NCBI GenBank assembly: GCA_963783375.1 | Contig: CAWANH010000028.1 | Span: forward strand, 1,440,001 to 1,504,000 | Direction: 5' to 3' | Length of the DNA stretch: 64,000 nucleotides | Source of the DNA: Candidatus Eiseniibacteriota bacterium | GTDB taxonomy: Bacteria; Eisenbacteria; RBG-16-71-46; JABDJR01 | Part shown: one piece after another, positions 59,828 to 64,000 of the stretch | Layout of the letters: every line of letters begins with the position of its first letter | Position numbering within the stretch: the stretch's first letter is position 1 | The notes under the pieces: generated by a model | Seen by the model: the letters and a program-made list of their open reading frames with translations, nothing else | Told to the model about the DNA's origin: nothing | Databases searched by the model: none | Translations under genes and position numbers: made by a program

Positions 59828-61402
59828 TCAGGGCAGCGCTTCCACCCGTTCCGCCGCCCGCAATCCGTCCGACGCGCTGGACATGATCCCCCCGGCGTAG
59901 CCCGCCCCTTCCCCCACCGGGTAGAGCCCGGCCAGGTTCACCGACTGGTAGCTCTCCGGATCGCGGAGGATGCGGACCGGGGCCGAGGTGCGGGTCTCCA
60001 TTCCGATCAGCACCCCCTCGGAGCCGTCGTAGCCCCTCACCAGCCTCCCGAAGTGGCGGATGCCCCGGCGCATGAGCGCCACCACGAAATCGGGGAAAAG
60101 GGGCGTCAGGTTGGTGGCGCGCACCCCCCGCCGGAACGAGGTTTGGATCTCGCCCTCGGAGGCGCGGTCGTCGAGGAAGTCGGGGATCCGCTGGGCCGGG
60201 GCCACGTGACCTCCGCCGCCGGCCTGGTAGGCCGCCCGCTCCAGCCGCTCCTGGAATTCCAACCCGGCCAGGGGGCCCTCGCCGCCGTAGTCCTCGGGCC
60301 GCACCGTCACCACCACCGCGGCGTTGGCGAACACGTCTCCGCGATGGCTGTAGGACATGCCGTTCACGGTGAGGCCCTCCGGATCGGTCCCCGCCGCCAC
60401 CACCTCGCCGCCGGGACACATGCAGAAGCTGTACGCGGAGCGGCCGCGCTTCCGGTCGTTGTAGGCCAGCATGTAGTCGGCGGGCTCGATGTCGGGGGTT
60501 TCCGTTCCGAGCTGGGCGCGGTTGATGAGCTTCTGGGGGTGCTCGGCCCGCGCCCCCACCGCGAAGGGGCGCGCCTCGAGCGCCACCCCGAGGCGGTGCA
60601 GCATGTGGTAGACGTCCCGCGAACTGTGGCCGGTGGCCAGGAACACCGCATCGGTCTCCACGCGCTCGCCGTTCACCACCGCGCCCCGCACCCGCCCTTC
60701 CTCCACGACGAGATCGTCGAGCCGGGACTCGAACCGGATCTCCACCCCCTCCGCATCCAGCCGCTGATGGAGGTTCAGGAGCGCCCGGCTCAGCCGGTTG
60801 GTGCCCAGGTGGGGCTTTCCCGCGGTGAGGATCTCCGGGGCCTCGGCCAGCTCGGACAGGGTCTTCAGGATGTGGGGGTTCCGGGGGTCGTTGCGCCGGG
60901 TGTAGAGCTTCCCGTCGGAGAAGGTACCCGCGCCGCCGTCCCCGAAGACCACGTTCGACTCGGGGTTCAGCTCCCCGCGGTGCCAGTAGGCGTTCACGTC
61001 CTGCCAGCGGGCCCGGACCGGCTTTCCCCGGTCGATGACCAGGGGCTTGTAGCCCATCTCGATCAGGGCCAGGGTGAGGAAGAGCCCCGAGGGGCCGGTG
61101 CCGACCACCAGGGGCTGGGAGCCCAGCCGCGCGCGCGGTCCGGCATAGACCACGTCCTTGAGCTCGGGAGCAGGGCCGATGTGGGCGTCGCCCTTCGCTC
61201 GCCGGAGCACCGCCTTGGGGTCGTCCACCTCGAGGTCCACGTTGTGGACCCGGACCGGACTGCGCCCCCGCGCGTCCACCGAGGTCTTGACGATTTCCAG
61301 GGAGCGGATCTCCTCCACCGGAAGGCCCAGCCGCTGGGCGACGACCCGCTTCAGATCGGCTCCCGGACGGCTCATGCGGAGGTTGGTGATGCGGATCTTC
61401 AT
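59828..61402 (-). CDS. FAD/NAD(P)-dependent dehydrogenase (COG2509-type)
   Basis: VVGTGPSG, GAGTFSDGKL, SFCMCPGG, ETRTS, GEGAGYAGGI. Confidence 0.9.
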   Translation of the reverse strand: MKIRITNLRMSRPGADLKRVVAQRLGLPVEEIRSLEIVKTSVDARGRSPVRVHNVDLEVDDPKAVLRRAKGDAHIGPAPELKDVVYAGPRARLGSQPLVVGTGPSGLFLTLALIEMGYKPLVIDRGKPVRARWQDVNAYWHRGELNPESNVVFGDGGAGTFSDGKLYTRRNDPRNPHILKTLSELAEAPEILTAGKPHLGTNRLSRALLNLHQRLDAEGVEIRFESRLDDLVVEEGRVRGAVVNGERVETDAVFLATGHSSRDVYHMLHRLGVALEARPFAVGARAEHPQKLINRAQLGTETPDIEPADYMLAYNDRKRGRSAYSFCMCPGGEVVAAGTDPEGLTVNGMSYSHRGDVFANAAVVVTVRPEDYGGEGPLAGLEFQERLERAAYQAGGGGHVAPAQRIPDFLDDRASEGEIQTSFRRGVRATNLTPLFPDFVVALMRRGIRHFGRLVRGYDGSEGVLIGMETRTSAPVRILRDPESYQSVNLAGLYPVGEGAGYAGGIMSSASDGLRAAERVEALP

Positions 61403-61591
61403 GGGCTCCTCGGCCGGCTCCCATGCCGGAAAGGTTCGGGGACTTACGAGGCTCCCGGCGGCGGCGCCCGGGGGGATGCACGGGAGAGGAGTGTAGCGCA
61501 CCCGGGAGGCGGCCCGGGGCCGCCTTGGCAGAAACGGGAGCCCGGCTTAGGATTGCCGCGCCCGGCATCCGCCGCCATGGAGGAGGAATTC

Positions 61592-62539
61592 GTGATCCCG
61601 CCCCGTCCCCGAAGCCCCGTCGCCGTCCCGCGCCGTCCATATCCCCGGCCTCGGGGGGGAAATCCGGTTCGAGGCCTGGGGGGGGGCCTCCTGGTTCTGG
61701 CGCTCGCCGGGGCGCTGGGCTCCTGCTCCTCCCCCCCCAAACGGACGGAGCCGGTGATCGCGGCCAGCATGCCCCCCCTGGCGGCCATGGTGCGGATGGT
61801 GGCCGGGGACCGGCTCCCGGTGGTTTCGCTGCTTCCCCCGGGCCGGAGCCCCCACGACTTCGAGCCCACCCCCTCCGAGGTGGACCGCATCCGGCGCGCC
61901 GTTCTCTTCGTGGACACCGGGGGCGACGCCGACCGCTGGATGCGGCGCTCCGCCCGGGCCGTGGTCGGCGACTCGGCGCGGGAGCTGGCCATGACGGCGG
62001 TGTCGCCCGATCCCGGCTACGATCCCCACCTCTGGCTGAACCTGGAGGTGGTGGAGCGGTTCATCCCGATGCTGGCCGAGAGCCTGGCCGCGGTGGATCC
62101 GGGCGGCACCGCGGGCTACCGGGCCCGGGGGACGGCGGCCCTGGACAGCCTTCGCGCCTTCGACGCCTGGGCGCGACAGGCCCTGGCTCCGGTGAAGGAC
62201 GTTCCGTTCGCCCTCCTCCACCCGGCGTTCCAGGACTTCGTCCGCCGCTACGATCTGGACCTGGTGTCGATCCTCCAGATCCAGCCGGAGGGGGAATTGC
62301 TTCCCCGAAGCCTGGGCAACGTCGTCGATATCCTGACCCGGAGCGGGGCCAAGGTCATCTTCGCCGAGCCCCAGCTCAGCGCGCGCGGGGCCGAGGCGGT
62401 GGCTCACGAGACCGGGGCGCGGGTCGAGATGCTCGATCCCCTCGGTGGACCGGATCTCCCCGGACGCGAGACCTACCTCGAACTCCTGCGCTGGAACGCG
62501 CGGTCCCTGGCGGAGCAGCTCGGTGCCGCGAAACCCTGA
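61592..62539 (+). CDS. znuA: Zn/Mn ABC transporter substrate-binding lipoprotein
   Basis: Lipobox LGSC; SPHDFEP, DPHLWL, HPAF, LDPLG. Confidence 0.85.
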   Translation: MIPPRPRSPVAVPRRPYPRPRGGNPVRGLGGGLLVLALAGALGSCSSPPKRTEPVIAASMPPLAAMVRMVAGDRLPVVSLLPPGRSPHDFEPTPSEVDRIRRAVLFVDTGGDADRWMRRSARAVVGDSARELAMTAVSPDPGYDPHLWLNLEVVERFIPMLAESLAAVDPGGTAGYRARGTAALDSLRAFDAWARQALAPVKDVPFALLHPAFQDFVRRYDLDLVSILQIQPEGELLPRSLGNVVDILTRSGAKVIFAEPQLSARGAEAVAHETGARVEMLDPLGGPDLPGRETYLELLRWNARSLAEQLGAAKP

Positions 62540-63278
62540 CCCCCCGGTGATCGAGGTCGCGGGGGTATCCCTGCGCCGCGACGGCCGGCAGGTCCTCCGG
62601 GACATCACCTTCTCGATCGGCGCCCAGGAGCTGGTGGGGCTCATCGGGCCGAACGGAGGGGGCAAGACCACCCTGCTCCAGGTCATCCTCGGCGTGCTGA
62701 AGCCCGACCGGGGTTCGGTGCGGATCTTCGGACGCGACCCCCGGCGTCTCGACGGCCATCGCGGGGACGTCGGCTACGTGGCCCAGGCGAAGCACTTCGA
62801 GCGCGAGTTCCCGGCCCGGGCCAAGGACGTGGTGCTGATGGGCACCTTCCCCCAGGTCGGCTTCTTCCGGCTCCCGCGGGCCGCCGACCGGACCCGGGCC
62901 ATGGAGGCCCTGGGGCAGGTCGGGATGAACGACCGGGCCAACCGGCCCATCGGCCGCCTCTCGGGAGGCGAGCAGCAGCGGGTGTTCATCGCCCAGGCCC
63001 TGGTCTCCCGGCCGAAGCTGCTCATCCTGGACGAGCCCACGGTGGGGGTGGACCGCGAGGGGGAAGAGGCGCTGCTCCACCTCCTCCGCCGGCTGAAGCG
63101 CGAATCCGCGCTCACCATCCTCATGGTCAGCCACAACGTGAGCCTCATCCGTTCCCACACCGACCGCATCCTGTGCCTCAACCGCGAGCTCTGCTTCACC
63201 GGGGACGCCGCCGGGCTCACCGACCAGGTTATCGCCCAGGCCTACCACGCCCACCGGCCGGAGGATTGGGATGATTGA
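62523..63278 (+). CDS. znuC: Zn/Mn ABC transporter ATPase
   Basis: GPNGGGKT, LSGGEQQR, LILDEPT, SH. Confidence 0.88.
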   Translation: MPRNPDPPVIEVAGVSLRRDGRQVLRDITFSIGAQELVGLIGPNGGGKTTLLQVILGVLKPDRGSVRIFGRDPRRLDGHRGDVGYVAQAKHFEREFPARAKDVVLMGTFPQVGFFRLPRAADRTRAMEALGQVGMNDRANRPIGRLSGGEQQRVFIAQALVSRPKLLILDEPTVGVDREGEEALLHLLRRLKRESALTILMVSHNVSLIRSHTDRILCLNRELCFTGDAAGLTDQVIAQAYHAHRPEDWDD

Positions 63279-64000
63279 CCGCCTGGGGGACATGCTCGCG
63301 CTCGGTTTCATGCAGCGGGCCTTCGTGGGAGGGGCCCTGATCGGGGCCACCTGCGCCTTCCTCTCGGTGTTCGTGGTGCTCCGGCGGATGGCCTTCGTGA
63401 GCCAGGGGGTGAGCCACGCCTCCTTCGGCGGGGTGGCCCTGGCCGTGCTCCTGGGGGTGAGCCCCACCGCGGGGGCCGCGGTGTTCGCGGTGGGCACCGC
63501 CCTGGCCATCGGCGCGGTGAGTCGCCGCCGCCGGGTGGCCGAGGACAGCTCCATCGGGATCTTCCTCGCCGTGGCCATGGCCCTGGGGGTGATCTTCCTG
63601 GGGCTGAAGAAGGGGAGCACCTCGAACCTCTTCGGCTACCTCTTCGGAAACATCCTGGCCATCCTGCCCTCGGACCTCCCCTGGATGCTGGGGATGACCG
63701 GCGCGGTCTTCGTGGTGCTCCTCCTCTTCGTGAAGGAGCTCTACTTCTACGTCTTCGACGAGGACATGGCCCGGGTGGCCGGGATCCCGGTGGACCTCCT
63801 CTACTTCGGGCTCTTGACCGTGCTGGCGGTGACCATCGTGGCCAGCATCAAGCTGGTGGGGGTGATCCTGGTGACCGCGCTCCTGATCATTCCCGGCACC
63901 GCGGCCCGGCTGGTGACCACCAACATCGTGGCCCTGATCGGGATCTCCATCGGGTTCGGCGTGTTCGGCGTATTGGCCGGCCTCACCGGCGCCTACCTCC
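63271..64000 (+). CDS. znuB: Zn/Mn ABC transporter permease (runs off the window end)
   Basis: Own translation from ATG 63271: FMQRAF...FVVLRRMAFVSQGVSHASFGG...FGYLFGNIL; ABC-3 family. Confidence 0.88.
   Translation, partial: MIDRLGDMLALGFMQRAFVGGALIGATCAFLSVFVVLRRMAFVSQGVSHASFGGVALAVLLGVSPTAGAAVFAVGTALAIGAVSRRRRVAEDSSIGIFLAVAMALGVIFLGLKKGSTSNLFGYLFGNILAILPSDLPWMLGMTGAVFVVLLLFVKELYFYVFDEDMARVAGIPVDLLYFGLLTVLAVTIVASIKLVGVILVTALLIIPGTAARLVTTNIVALIGISIGFGVFGVLAGLTGAYL

Overview
High-GC (by eye about 70%) chromosomal window from a diderm bacterium, probably an FCB-group candidate phylum such as Eisenbacteria, Krumholzibacteria or Latescibacteria. This is inferred from a PorV gene, T9SS/FlgD-type C-terminal domains, a TWxxIKxxY tail and lpxH. 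Bases 1 to about 8450 form a lower-GC accessory island just 3' of an initiator tRNA-Met. The island carries a co-directional cluster: exported TPR-CHAT (caspase-like) protease, signal-peptide-bearing 67-aa peptide, radical SAM enzyme, ECF sigma factor and membrane anti-sigma. It also has a convergent pair of RHH-like paralogues, an IS1380 scar and an amber-interrupted gene. The rest is mostly core: ftsB, eno, a SigW-like operon, ntrYX-like genes, rlmN, T9SS-like proteases with porV, lpxH, degP, M23, amidase, STAS/CheW, copA, a beta-CASP nuclease and znuABC. A second candidate peptide-signalling system lies at 30.4-33.9 kb: a secreted propeptide with tandem GDPDQYA repeats precedes a TPR-GAF-sigma54 activator, and sigma54 promoters lie upstream of nearby genes. 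Other observations: a palindromic repeat cluster, a toxin-deleted TA locus that keeps its operator, a sigma28 promoter, several apparently leaderless genes and three single-base frameshifts (possibly sequencing errors). All calls are from reading motifs by eye; no database searches were run.
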